The translations under genes and the position numbers were made by a program. A DNA stretch of 64,000 bases from a virus. The stretch spans positions 1 to 64,000 of the IMG/VR virus record IMGVR_UViG_3300018057_000010; one strand, 5' to 3'. The number at the start of each line of letters is the position of its first letter. The stretch's first letter is position 1. The notes beneath the pieces were generated by a model. It was not told the origin of the DNA and did not search any database. It saw only the letters and a list, made by a program, of their open reading frames with translations. Below are positions 46,136 through 55,982 of the stretch, piece after piece.

Positions 46136-49100
46136 CTATTTGTTCTTAAGCTGTTTGATTTCCTCTTGTAACGCTTCGATTTCCTTCTGCTGGCGTTGGA
46201 ACCCGGAAACTAATAGCGCCGTGATGTGCCCGTAGTCGAGTCCCACCAGTCCGCCGTCGTTGTCATAAGTCGCGATTCTCGGATTTACTTTCACAGCCTC
46301 CTCGGCGATAAATCCGACTTCCTCTCGATACGTTGTTTTGCTTCTGTAGTTGATAGGCCGGAGCTTGAGCAATTGATTCAGAGTAATTTCGGAATCCAAC
46401 GTTTCCACGTTTGCCTTATATTTAGCAAGCGAACTACAGGTTGCAATCTGATACTGGTATCCCGTAGTGCCGCTGTTCCCGTAACACACTTGATTAGTGG
46501 TACTCGCGTTGAACGTATTCCACTTGATATCGTTATTGGACAACAAACTTCCACTGCTATTGGTTGCTATATTCCCGCTCACATTCAACTTATATCCGCC
46601 ATCGGTCGTGGAGCCAATGGATACGTCGCCGCTCGCAAAGACGTTAAGGATGTTATCGCTAAACCCTGAAATCCCTATACTTGCAAAATTGGCAGTGCTT
46701 GAAGATCCCACATAGTGAAAACCAAAGCTTGCTGAGTTATCGGTAACAAGAGAATCTACCCCTACATTGATTACGTTATAGTTGCTTGTTGCTAAAGAAG
46801 GGGATAGGAACGTAGCTACGGTGTTGGACGCAGTGTTTGCGGTAGCAGCATGCAAAATTCCCCTGCTAACAGCTGTTCCGGTTATGTAAAACTTATCTCC
46901 GCTATCGGTTGTCGTCCCGACGGAGATGTTTCCGCTAGCAAACAAACTCATCGACGTACTAGACCCGGCAAAATCGAACTCTAGAAAATTGGAAGTGCTG
47001 CCACTACCAATGAAATGGTAGAGAAGCCCCATCGCGTTATTTGTAGTTAGCGCAGTGCCGAGTTGTATCGCCGTGAAGTTCGATGTGGCCAGACTGGGGG
47101 ATAAGAAAGTAGCTATCGACCCCGACGTAGTGGTAGAGCCGCTAACCCTGAAAGCAGTTCCACTCCCCGATATCGCTTCGTTTCCAATCACAAATAACTT
47201 GACCCCACCATCGGAAGCACCCCCTATGGTTACGTTTCCCGTGCCGAAAATATTGAAGACCCCATCGGTCCCGAAATCGAGTCCTATATAGTTGCTGCTA
47301 CTCCCCGAGCCCCCTGCATAATGGAAGCTTAAAGCAGCCGTGTTCAGCGATGTAGCGCTGTCATGACCAATTAAAATTTGAGCGAAGTTTCCTATGGACA
47401 GATTGGAATCTAAAAACGTAGCTAATGATGTGCTCGCGGCGGAAGGGTTGCTAATAGTTAAGATAGGAGTGGTAGACGATCCTGTCGCCGATACGGCAAG
47501 AGACGTGTTGATAGTTGGAGAAGTCTGCAACACAACCGATTCACTACCCGTTGTTGCTAAATTCCCCAGTGTCCCGGCATTGTCATAGAGCACATATCCC
47601 GATGTCCCGCTCGACACAGTGGTTGTTCCCACCGTGATGCCCGCAGCAGCTGCCGTGATAGTGCAGGTTGAGCCCAATGTGCAAGTTTGGCCGTTAACCG
47701 TGGTACTGGCCGACGAAGCCAACACGATAGATCCGCTGCCCGTGGTGCCATTACTCAAGTTGGACGCCGCGATCTGTGTGCCGTTTATTCGATAGACTCC
47801 AGTTGTATTGATATCCCCGGTTACAGTCAGAGCGTAACCGTTGTCTAACGTCGTCCCAATGGCTACATCGGTCGTCCCGAAGATGTTGAGAACATGCTCG
47901 GCGCCATACATTCCCATCGAAGCGTAGTTCGTAGGAAGACCTTCTCCTTCGTAGACAAACCCGAAGTGTGCTGAATCGAAATTCGTTACTCCTGTCGTTC
48001 CGATTTCGATGCCGACGCTGTTACCCGCTGTTGTGCTGTTCGGCGAATAGAGATTCGCAAACGTTGGCTGATCGCCCCCTGCCGAAGTAAAGACATTCAG
48101 CGCAGTATCGATCAATGGATTGTTCTGTAGAACAACGGCGCCCGTGCCGGTATAGCTGGTGAGCGTGACAGTAATCGTGCCGCCAGCCCCGGTCAAAGGA
48201 GAATTGCTCACAGACCATTGCGAGGGCATCGCCAAACCGACCGTGGCCAACGTGCCGGAATTACATGTGCCGGAAGTAGTCGTCAGCAGCCCGCCCGTGG
48301 TGGTCACGACGCATCGACCGGAGGTGAGACCGCTATCCGTAATGCTCGATGCCGAGAGTCCCGCGCTGAAGGTCTGCGCCGTCGTGAAGGTCCTGGAGAC
48401 ATCCGTGAAGGCCGTCGTCGACGGCAAATCTGCTTCCACACTAGCGCGAAAGCTTGGTGTGCCGGATGATCCATTCGGAGAGAAAAAGCCCAGATTCGCC
48501 GACTGCGATTGCAGCGTGATGGCAAACGTCCCGGAGGAAGTAATGGAACTCGGCGTGACTGCCAGCAGCGCCGAAGGCACAGTCATGCCGATGCTGGCCA
48601 CCGATCCACAGGGAAAGGCCGTGGTCGCCAGCAAGCCGCCCGTACTGGCCTGCACGCAGTCGCCAGAGGTCAATGCGCTGTCGGTAATATTGGGCGCGGT
48701 CAGTGCTCCGGTCATCGTGCCGCCCGACAAATTCAGCTTGGCGTTCAGCGCGTTTTGAAGGTCGGTTTGATTGCTCAGTGTGCCCGTGATATGTCCCCAG
48801 GCGACACTGGAAGCGGTTACTGCAGGGTAGAAGATGCCGGTCGTCGGATCTTCCCACACATGGATCAGATTGTTGACGGCCGCAGCCGCCAAAGAGGCTG
48901 AGATGTTGAGTGCTCCGCCCGCCGTGGTGAAGGTGGTCGACATGGCTCCGATGCTTCCATCGATGCCGGTGACGGCGATGTGCCAATGCGAGGGACTCGG
49001 AACAATCTGCAGGTTGTCCGGGATCGACAACGATAGCGACGAAGCGTTGTCCAGCGTGCCGGTAAAGGTCTGCGTCAGAGCGGCGCCGCAAAGCGTAGGC

Positions 49101-49510
49101 GTGACGGATTGCCCGCTATCGTTGACCCAGGTAATCGTGTAAAGCCCGTACTCGTAATAGTTGTTAATGGTGCCGCTAAGAGCTGCAGTTCCGGGAGAAG
49201 AGCAATCCGTGAACTTCTGCGTAGACGACTGCGTGCTTCCGCTCACGGCGGCATAGATATAGGTCGTACCTGCGGTCAGGCCGGAAATCGTGACCGTGTG
49301 CGAGGTCAACAGCGTGCTGTCTACGGGAGTCGCCTGCGATAGACTGCTGGTCCCATAGAGCAGCTGAGTGCTGGCGCCGATGCTTGTTGTCCAGCTGATC
49401 GTCGCCGTCGTGGAGCTCATCGCCGTCACGCCCAGGTTCGTGATCGTTTGCGCCTGCACGGCGATCGGAAGCAGACAGATCGGCAGCAAATATTTGAGAA
49501 GTCGAGTCAT
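46136..49510 (-). CDS. Long fibre protein with Sec signal, FN3-like N-domain and C-terminal intramolecular chaperone (peptidase S74)
   Basis: MTRLLKYLLPICLLPIAVQA|Q; ATISWTT..YG..HTVTISGL..GTTY; CSSLAKYKAN..LRP..GFIAEE..LDY..coiled coil. Confidence 0.85.
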   Translation of the reverse strand: MTRLLKYLLPICLLPIAVQAQTITNLGVTAMSSTTATISWTTSIGASTQLLYGTSSLSQATPVDSTLLTSHTVTISGLTAGTTYIYAAVSGSTQSSTQKFTDCSSPGTAALSGTINNYYEYGLYTITWVNDSGQSVTPTLCGAALTQTFTGTLDNASSLSLSIPDNLQIVPSPSHWHIAVTGIDGSIGAMSTTFTTAGGALNISASLAAAAVNNLIHVWEDPTTGIFYPAVTASSVAWGHITGTLSNQTDLQNALNAKLNLSGGTMTGALTAPNITDSALTSGDCVQASTGGLLATTAFPCGSVASIGMTVPSALLAVTPSSITSSGTFAITLQSQSANLGFFSPNGSSGTPSFRASVEADLPSTTAFTDVSRTFTTAQTFSAGLSASSITDSGLTSGRCVVTTTGGLLTTTSGTCNSGTLATVGLAMPSQWSVSNSPLTGAGGTITVTLTSYTGTGAVVLQNNPLIDTALNVFTSAGGDQPTFANLYSPNSTTAGNSVGIEIGTTGVTNFDSAHFGFVYEGEGLPTNYASMGMYGAEHVLNIFGTTDVAIGTTLDNGYALTVTGDINTTGVYRINGTQIAASNLSNGTTGSGSIVLASSASTTVNGQTCTLGSTCTITAAAAGITVGTTTVSSGTSGYVLYDNAGTLGNLATTGSESVVLQTSPTINTSLAVSATGSSTTPILTISNPSAASTSLATFLDSNLSIGNFAQILIGHDSATSLNTAALSFHYAGGSGSSSNYIGLDFGTDGVFNIFGTGNVTIGGASDGGVKLFVIGNEAISGSGTAFRVSGSTTTSGSIATFLSPSLATSNFTAIQLGTALTTNNAMGLLYHFIGSGSTSNFLEFDFAGSSTSMSLFASGNISVGTTTDSGDKFYITGTAVSRGILHAATANTASNTVATFLSPSLATSNYNVINVGVDSLVTDNSASFGFHYVGSSSTANFASIGISGFSDNILNVFASGDVSIGSTTDGGYKLNVSGNIATNSSGSLLSNNDIKWNTFNASTTNQVCYGNSGTTGYQYQIATCSSLAKYKANVETLDSEITLNQLLKLRPINYRSKTTYREEVGFIAEEAVKVNPRIATYDNDGGLVGLDYGHITALLVSGFQRQQKEIEALQEEIKQLKNK

Positions 49511-49520
49511 ATCCATCGCC

Positions 49521-50876
49521 CTATTCGTATGCCATGCAATCCATGGCGTAGATGGCTCCATTCGATCCGGAGTGGTCGTCGGAAATTAGATAGGTGAATC
49601 CTGTTGTCGATTGCGTCAGGCTGTACCAAGTTCCCTGAGCAGCCTTGGAAGTTCCATACGTGCCGCTAGGCCATGATCCGGCGCCGGGATACTGCATGGA
49701 GCAAGTAAGGTTGTAGTTGGCATCCGATAAAGTGGTGGACCAAGTGAAGGAGCCACTGCAGGACCAAAAGCCATTCGGATCGCTAGCTAGTTGGCACGAC
49801 GACTGCTTGGTGATCTTTGCCAAAATCTTAATGTTGCCAAATCCGCTGTCGATCACGTTGCCGCTGGCATCGGTCGTCAGGAAATCTCCAGCAGTAAAAG
49901 AGCCGCTTGCCGTAGCCAATTTTGTGGTATTGCCGGTGTAGGTAAAGGGCAAATCCGCCACCACAATCGAACGAAACGAGGGAACGCCGATGCTTCCATT
50001 CGGTGACATAAACGCGGCATTCGCCCCTTGTGTAGCGAGCGTCATGGTCAATGTCCCGCTGCTGGTGACCGGTGTATTGGAATAGGTGAAAATATTCGGC
50101 CCAGTGAGTCCGACCGAGGTGACCGTGCCGCAAGGCACGCCAGTGCCGACGACGGCGCCGCCCGTAGTTGTCTGCAGACATTGTCCGGAGCCGATGTAGC
50201 TCAAGATCAGGCTGGTCGAAATCGTGATCGTAGAGAGCGTCGAGCCGGAAGCGTTCACGATATTTCCCGAGGCGTCGGCAGCCAGCAGGCTATTGTTCGT
50301 CAATGTCCCGGAGACGGTGGCCAATTGCGAAGTGTTGCCGGAATAAGTGAAAGGCAAATCGAGTTTCACAATGGAGCGAAAAGTCGGCGTGCCAGACGAT
50401 CCATTCGGAGAAAGAAAGGCCAGATTTGCCGACTGCGAAGCAAAGGTCACCGTGAAGGTCCCCGAGGTTGTCACCGGTGATCCGCTGACCGTAAAGATCC
50501 CAGGCATCGATAGCGACACGGAAGAAACGCTGGCGTTTCCATTCGCCGTGAACAGCTGGCTATAGGTCACCGTGCCGACCGTGATCTGGACGACATACGT
50601 GCCCAGGCCGACATAAAAGGCAAAGTTGCCGTTGCTGTCGGTGGTGTAGGGATTGCCAATCGAAGTCGTCAGCGTAATGTCGGAATAGATCGAGGAGAGC
50701 GGCGTGCAAGGGATTCCCGTCGACGTGTAGGCGCACACGCGCACAGGGACACTCGCGGCCGGGTATCCGTTCGGCGTGAAGACTTGGCCGGACAGAGCCG
50801 AGCCTTGCCCCCAGGCCGTCAGCCCGCTAAGACAAAGAAGAAAGAAGAGAAAAACGATTCGCCGCTGCGCCAGCAT
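49521..50876 (-). CDS. Fibre-like protein with Sec signal
   Basis: MLAQRRIVFLFFLLCLSGLTAWG|Q; two TVTSV..PNGS..FR..DLP repeats. Confidence 0.75.
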   Translation of the reverse strand: MLAQRRIVFLFFLLCLSGLTAWGQGSALSGQVFTPNGYPAASVPVRVCAYTSTGIPCTPLSSIYSDITLTTSIGNPYTTDSNGNFAFYVGLGTYVVQITVGTVTYSQLFTANGNASVSSVSLSMPGIFTVSGSPVTTSGTFTVTFASQSANLAFLSPNGSSGTPTFRSIVKLDLPFTYSGNTSQLATVSGTLTNNSLLAADASGNIVNASGSTLSTITISTSLILSYIGSGQCLQTTTGGAVVGTGVPCGTVTSVGLTGPNIFTYSNTPVTSSGTLTMTLATQGANAAFMSPNGSIGVPSFRSIVVADLPFTYTGNTTKLATASGSFTAGDFLTTDASGNVIDSGFGNIKILAKITKQSSCQLASDPNGFWSCSGSFTWSTTLSDANYNLTCSMQYPGAGSWPSGTYGTSKAAQGTWYSLTQSTTGFTYLISDDHSGSNGAIYAMDCMAYE

Positions 50877-50976
50877 TGGATTGTCCTCGAAGAGGAGACT
50901 CCGCACCCGGCGCAGCGAGTGCGGAGACATTCCGCAACTAAACGGTAAGCGGAAGAGCTATATGAATTCAAGCGGT

Positions 50977-51783
50977 TTATAGCATTTCTTCGAACTTCTT
51001 CTCGGCCCAGACATCGATGTAAGCGAAATTCTCCGAATAGGTTTGAACGTATCCGGGAGGAAAGACAGAGCCGTTACCCAAATAGATATCGGGCCTGGGA
51101 AGAACAACCAGCATAAAGGGATCGATATGCAACTCTTCTACCCAAAATTGACTCTCCGGCAACTCCTTTTTGATGGAAACGCATTTGTTTAGCACGAACT
51201 CCGGCACCGGATCGTTGTAACTGGTAAGCGGTTTGATCTTCCATGTGGGATCGAAGATCTTTCCCGTTGCGTAGACCACCATCTGCGCCTTATAGGCCTC
51301 CACGCTATCTGGGTCGAGCGTGGAGATCTCCAGCTTGTCGAGCGCCAAACGCAGCCGGGGTTTAAGGCCGTGAGCGGAAGCAAGTCGGCGATACCCAAGA
51401 AGCTGTTGCGCTTCCATCGCCAGCACCTTCATGCCGTCGGAAAAGTCCGATTCCTGGACTGGCTCCGGTTCGATCCGCTTCAGATCGTCCATCTTCGGCG
51501 GTTCCATCACCGCCACAGAGGATGGCGGGGCAGCAGGTATCGCTTCCTCTGTAGTAGCTGGATATTGTGTAGCAAGTGGACCGGTCCAAGGCACGGTGGA
51601 AAGGGAAGGCATATACGCATACGAGCGTCTGGGTATCGCCCCATATGTGGGTTGGCTAATCGTATTGTTTGAAGTCAACGGCTCAGTCGAAAGCCGCGTC
51701 AGAGTACGAGCGGTTTCTCTCTGTATCATAATTTCCACCATCTCGGCTGGGCTGAGACGGCGAGCTTCTTTTTCGTTTGGCAT
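50977..51783 (-). CDS. Hypothetical protein
   Basis: AAAGGAG SD; Y..PVPEFVL..DPF motif. Confidence 0.6.
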   Translation of the reverse strand: MPNEKEARRLSPAEMVEIMIQRETARTLTRLSTEPLTSNNTISQPTYGAIPRRSYAYMPSLSTVPWTGPLATQYPATTEEAIPAAPPSSVAVMEPPKMDDLKRIEPEPVQESDFSDGMKVLAMEAQQLLGYRRLASAHGLKPRLRLALDKLEISTLDPDSVEAYKAQMVVYATGKIFDPTWKIKPLTSYNDPVPEFVLNKCVSIKKELPESQFWVEELHIDPFMLVVLPRPDIYLGNGSVFPPGYVQTYSENFAYIDVWAEKKFEEML

Positions 51784-51863
51784 GGGTTCTCCTTTGGTAT
51801 CGAGCAACGCTACTCACGGAGATCTTACTTATATTGAATGCCTCCGAGTTTACACCCGTTTTA

Positions 51864-52610
51864 CTACAAACTGGCGAGATCCGATTGCAGTTGCACGAAA
51901 TCGAATCCCTCTGGACTCTTATCGTTATCGCCGACAATATCTTTACTCACACAGGCATACGCTTCGTCGCAATAAGTGTAGTAAAACTGCCAAGTCATCT
52001 GCTTAAGTTGGCCCCAGGTAATGCAGACCGGACCCGTTTCGTTATACGCCACCACTGGAACGGCATGGCCTCCCCAGCTTCCTGGCGCTCCATCGCCACG
52101 CGCTCCCTGTTCGGGGACGCTCCAAATATCCTGACTCGCAGCTGTCCACGGCAACAGCACTCCGATATAGCAGGCCCCAAAGTAATAGATCGCCTGCTCC
52201 AGCTCGTCGCGATTTGCTGGCGCCACGGAAACATACCCCGTGATCGTATGGTTATCGACGCCCGTCTTGCGCCAATAATTCAAGACGTCGAGAACTGCGG
52301 CGCCCTGATCGGTTGCCGGATCGCTGGCGTTGTATCCCGTGATCGCCGAATACATCCCCAGGATGTCGCTGTCGGGGAGAATCACTTGCGCTCCATCCTC
52401 TGCCGTCCAGGCTTGAATCATGTGCCCGACCGTCGCGCAAGTGCAATCGCCCACCTCGTCGTTGCCCATCATGCCCAGTTGCGTGATCTTTGCGGTTTCA
52501 TCGCACGCTTCCGGAGCGGGGGCTAGCGCGGCGGTATACCGCGCTAGCTTAAGCGTCCTCCTGTCGAATCGAACAGGAAGTTTCCCAAGTTTTCTACGAA
52601 TTTCCGCCAT
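51864..52610 (-). CDS. Papain-like (C1-related) cysteine peptidase
   Basis: GNDEVGDCTCA nucleophile motif; GGHAV; ITWG. Confidence 0.7.
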   Translation of the reverse strand: MAEIRRKLGKLPVRFDRRTLKLARYTAALAPAPEACDETAKITQLGMMGNDEVGDCTCATVGHMIQAWTAEDGAQVILPDSDILGMYSAITGYNASDPATDQGAAVLDVLNYWRKTGVDNHTITGYVSVAPANRDELEQAIYYFGACYIGVLLPWTAASQDIWSVPEQGARGDGAPGSWGGHAVPVVAYNETGPVCITWGQLKQMTWQFYYTYCDEAYACVSKDIVGDNDKSPEGFDFVQLQSDLASL

Positions 52611-53257
52611 TAGAATCCCATCGCAATTTCGTGGCTATACAACGTGGAATAGTTGGAACCGAAAGCCTTCGCAATCGTGGTCTTATCTTGCTCCGACCAG
52701 TATTGACTGACGACTTTCAACTTGGCGGCGCGGCGCGCTGCCGTTGCTTTGACTGCGGAAGTCGACTGAGTCGATTGCACCAGTCCATCGACCGTATGCA
52801 AGATCGCGTCGAGCGAAGCCATCAAGACAACCGCCTTCTGCTGGCTGGTGGAAGACTTAATGCCTGCCAGGGTTGTCAGCGCGGAATCGCCGTTCGTTAC
52901 CAAGTCGTCGACCAAGGAAGTGATTTGGCTCCAAACCGATGTCGAAGGATTGGAGGTGTAGGTATTGCAAAGCGTGACCAAAGATTCCAACTTCGTCTTA
53001 ATCGTCGCGCCAACTGTAGAGACAGTCGTCGAAGTAGTGGAATCGGATGCGCTTAAAGCCGTAATTACCGTAATGACATCGGCAATAATCGGCTCTGCCT
53101 CGGAGGCGTAAGTCGCTATCTCGCTCACTACTTTTGCGACGCTGCTGGCGTTGCAACCCATAAGACCTGGCATGGTTCCCAACATCAGAATCGTGCAAAG
53201 CATTGCGGCCGCCAGCTGACGATTGGAAGAACGAAAAAATGCAATGATCGTGTGCAT
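52610..53257 (-). CDS. Lipoprotein
   Basis: Hydrophobic signal with lipobox LMGC. Confidence 0.7.
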   Translation of the reverse strand: MHTIIAFFRSSNRQLAAAMLCTILMLGTMPGLMGCNASSVAKVVSEIATYASEAEPIIADVITVITALSASDSTTSTTVSTVGATIKTKLESLVTLCNTYTSNPSTSVWSQITSLVDDLVTNGDSALTTLAGIKSSTSQQKAVVLMASLDAILHTVDGLVQSTQSTSAVKATAARRAAKLKVVSQYWSEQDKTTIAKAFGSNYSTLYSHEIAMGF

Positions 53258-53266
53258 GAAATCTCC

Positions 53267-53617
53267 TTAGACGTAGCGTAGAACTATCCGGACATTCCTG
53301 CGCGATCCCTTCAGCGAGTTGCATATTCCATGTACAGCAGCGTTCTGTTTTACCAGCTTCCCATCCTGAACCACTTCGATGCGGTCATCGCGCCACCCTC
53401 CCCCGGCGCCGCGTGGTCTCTCATGATCGAAGGTGGCCTCGGCCCTGGCGAGGGGCCGACCACATAGAGGGCAGATGCCATTCTGGCGCAACCACATCTG
53501 CTCTAAAAGAATGCTATAGATACGACGGCCTTCGTCTGTCTCCAGATTACAGATCATCCGACCGTCATCTAGATAAAGAACAGGTTCTTCAATTGGGACG
53601 ACCCGAGGGAGAGACAA
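53267..53617 (-). CDS. HNH endonuclease
   Basis: QNGICPLCG, TFDH, N..VH..CN..KG. Confidence 0.8.
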   Translation of the reverse strand: MSLPRVVPIEEPVLYLDDGRMICNLETDEGRRIYSILLEQMWLRQNGICPLCGRPLARAEATFDHERPRGAGGGWRDDRIEVVQDGKLVKQNAAVHGICNSLKGSRRNVRIVLRYV

Positions 53618-54329
53618 TATCGATCACCTCTACAAGTTCTTCGATGTGGGTTTGCAGTGTTGTGCGAAGCTGATCGATTGTCGTTGCTTGAGCCAGACTT
53701 TCGCGAAGTCGTGGAAGGGATTCGTTGAGGTATCCCACCATCGTTATTCGATCCGTGTATTCTGCGACAAGAAGTTCTAAACCGTAACCGGGATCGGAAA
53801 TGCCGTGATCGCGGCACCACTTTTCCAGGCCTCGTTCGATGACTTCTTTTTGCCCCATGGCCAGATTGAGTTTGAGTGTAGTGCGCGCTTCCCGGAGGGG
53901 GATATTCTTGGTTCTCGCTTCATATTTGACGATCTCGTCTTCTAATTTCGGCCCCGTCAACGTTGCCGCTCTTTCGATCCATTCCGGCTTAATGCGGTCG
54001 CTTTCGGAGAGAAGGGTTAACTGTTCGGCATTGTCCGCTGTCATGGTTAGGAAGGCGTCAAGCGGAACTTTGGTGAAATGCTCTGCGATACGAATCATCC
54101 TGTACCACGTTGATCGGCTAATACGAACTTCTTGCCGATAAGCAGCCTCGGACTCGAACCCGAGCTCTAGGAATAAGGATTCTTCTCGCAGGATGCGCCC
54201 ATACCATCCAATCTCCATAGTCGATTGACGATGCGACTTTTCCGCTCCCCTGATCTTCCTGTCAACCTCTATGGCTTTCGATGTTAGCTCTGGGCTTAAA
54301 CTCTCAATGGAGATAGCAAGTGTGCTCAT
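53589..54329 (-). CDS. Hypothetical protein (HTH-like)
   Basis: LGFES..AY...ISRSTWYRMI. Confidence 0.6.
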   Translation of the reverse strand: MSTLAISIESLSPELTSKAIEVDRKIRGAEKSHRQSTMEIGWYGRILREESLFLELGFESEAAYRQEVRISRSTWYRMIRIAEHFTKVPLDAFLTMTADNAEQLTLLSESDRIKPEWIERAATLTGPKLEDEIVKYEARTKNIPLREARTTLKLNLAMGQKEVIERGLEKWCRDHGISDPGYGLELLVAEYTDRITMVGYLNESLPRLRESLAQATTIDQLRTTLQTHIEELVEVIDIVSPSGRPN

Positions 54330-54465
54330 ATTATGTTTCCTTGCATTCCAAGCAGTGGCTCCATTTCAACGACTGGGGACTCGATTTCGTCTTCCTTTTG
54401 CCCTCTGCTTTAGGAAAGTTATTTTTTGTCCAACGTACACAGGCAAAGCAACGAAACAACTTTTA

Positions 54466-55767
54466 TCAGGCAACAAAGCTCAAACTATCTGCATCGTATC
54501 TGCAAGAAACTCTCCCGCGCCTTCCCTCCCGCTGTTTGCGGATCGCGATCTCAGCATCGGAGCTTTCTTCCTCGGTTCTGAGTTCGAATAGGTTCTGGCA
54601 CGACTGCATCAACGACGACGATCCCTTAAGCCGCTTTTTCCCCTTGGAGTCTTCTCCATAGGAGTGTTGCGACAAGGCGATGACGTGAACCCCTTTTTCT
54701 GTCTTCGCCAAATCTCGTAGCCTGTAAGTGACTCGGTCCAATCTCTGGACGTCGTCTTTCACATCCGGGACTTCTACAATTTGCAAATAATCTAGAACAA
54801 TAATTCTCACACCGTACCGTGCAATAGCAAGTCGGGCGCGGGCGAGAATCTTGTCTAACGATAGACGCGAATTATCATCTACCCATAGTGGCAACTCAGC
54901 AAGCTTTTTTGATACATTTTTTAACTCCAGATAATCGGTGACATTTAAACTCCGTGGGTCCCGTATATCTTTGGCGCGAAGAAACTCCGACATAGGAGCG
55001 AAACACCGTCTTATTAACTGCTCTTTTGTCATCTCCAGAGAGAACCATAAGACGGGAATATCCTTACGCAAATTCGCCAAACTTATCTGGGTAGCGAACG
55101 CTGTTTTCCCGCCTCCAGTGTCTCCGGAAATGATCGTGTATTCGTTGGGATACAAGCCGCAAGTGCGCTCGTCGAGACCGGGAACTCCGGTGGTGAATCC
55201 CACGGTTTTCTGGGATCTATCGATCTTCCTTTGTTCCTCGATTTCAACTAAAACTTTGGGCAAAATAGCGGAGGCCCGCTGCATTTCCCCTGGCGCATCG
55301 GCGCTAATATCGAGCGCTTCGCTTTGCATCTCCGCCAGCAACTGATCGGGAGTTTCCGCCCCGTCCATAGCCCGAACGCCGATGCGGTCGCAGATCGAAA
55401 CTACCTTCCGTAACTGCGACTTTTTCAGGACAATATCGACATAGTTTTTGGGATCGAAGTGTCTCGGAATCCCGTCTGTGAGACCGGAAAGATAGGCCAC
55501 TCCTCCTATAGTTTCCAGCTCTCTTGTTTCGCGTAGCTTATTCGATAAAGTAATAATGTCGACATGTTGTCTATCTTCCAGGAGACCGGCAATAGATCCA
55601 AAGATTTTGCGGTGGGAATCCAGTCCGAAGTCCCCAATCGAGAGCTGCTCGGTCACTTCGAAATAGGATGAATTCTCCATCAGAATTAGGCCGAGGATAG
55701 CCTTCTCTGCCTCCACATTCATGTGGGACCAGTTGGCTTGCGGAGAGTTTCCCAAAGCGCTTCTCAC
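54466..55767 (-). CDS. dnaB: Replicative DNA helicase
   Basis: EAEKAILG, GDTGGGKT, FSLEM, VLDYLQ, ALSQ, KQREG. Confidence 0.95.
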   Translation of the reverse strand: MRSALGNSPQANWSHMNVEAEKAILGLILMENSSYFEVTEQLSIGDFGLDSHRKIFGSIAGLLEDRQHVDIITLSNKLRETRELETIGGVAYLSGLTDGIPRHFDPKNYVDIVLKKSQLRKVVSICDRIGVRAMDGAETPDQLLAEMQSEALDISADAPGEMQRASAILPKVLVEIEEQRKIDRSQKTVGFTTGVPGLDERTCGLYPNEYTIISGDTGGGKTAFATQISLANLRKDIPVLWFSLEMTKEQLIRRCFAPMSEFLRAKDIRDPRSLNVTDYLELKNVSKKLAELPLWVDDNSRLSLDKILARARLAIARYGVRIIVLDYLQIVEVPDVKDDVQRLDRVTYRLRDLAKTEKGVHVIALSQHSYGEDSKGKKRLKGSSSLMQSCQNLFELRTEEESSDAEIAIRKQREGRRGRVSCRYDADSLSFVA

Positions 55768-55982
55768 TATGCTATTTCCGATTGCTTTCTGGAAGTTTTT
55801 TGTGTGCGAAGCGTGGCGAGTTTGATCCACCAATCGATTTGTATCTTCTGCTTTTCTACATCCAAACCGACCTTTTGCTCGGCGGCAATATAGAGAGCAT
55901 CGGCCAGAGAACTTTCGAGAATGCGGTCGACTTTTTCGGCCGTATCCAGCGCCTGATGGGCTTTGTCGTAGAGGGATTTCAT
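55767..55982 (-). CDS. Hypothetical protein
   Basis: MKSLYDK, coupled. Confidence 0.55.
   Translation of the reverse strand: MKSLYDKAHQALDTAEKVDRILESSLADALYIAAEQKVGLDVEKQKIQIDWWIKLATLRTQKTSRKQSEIA

Noticed and set aside
46136-50876. Diversity-generating retroelement or invertible fibre cassette
   Set aside because: No reverse transcriptase, no adenine-specific TR/VR pair and no flanking inverted sites seen; shared DNA is a coding repeat
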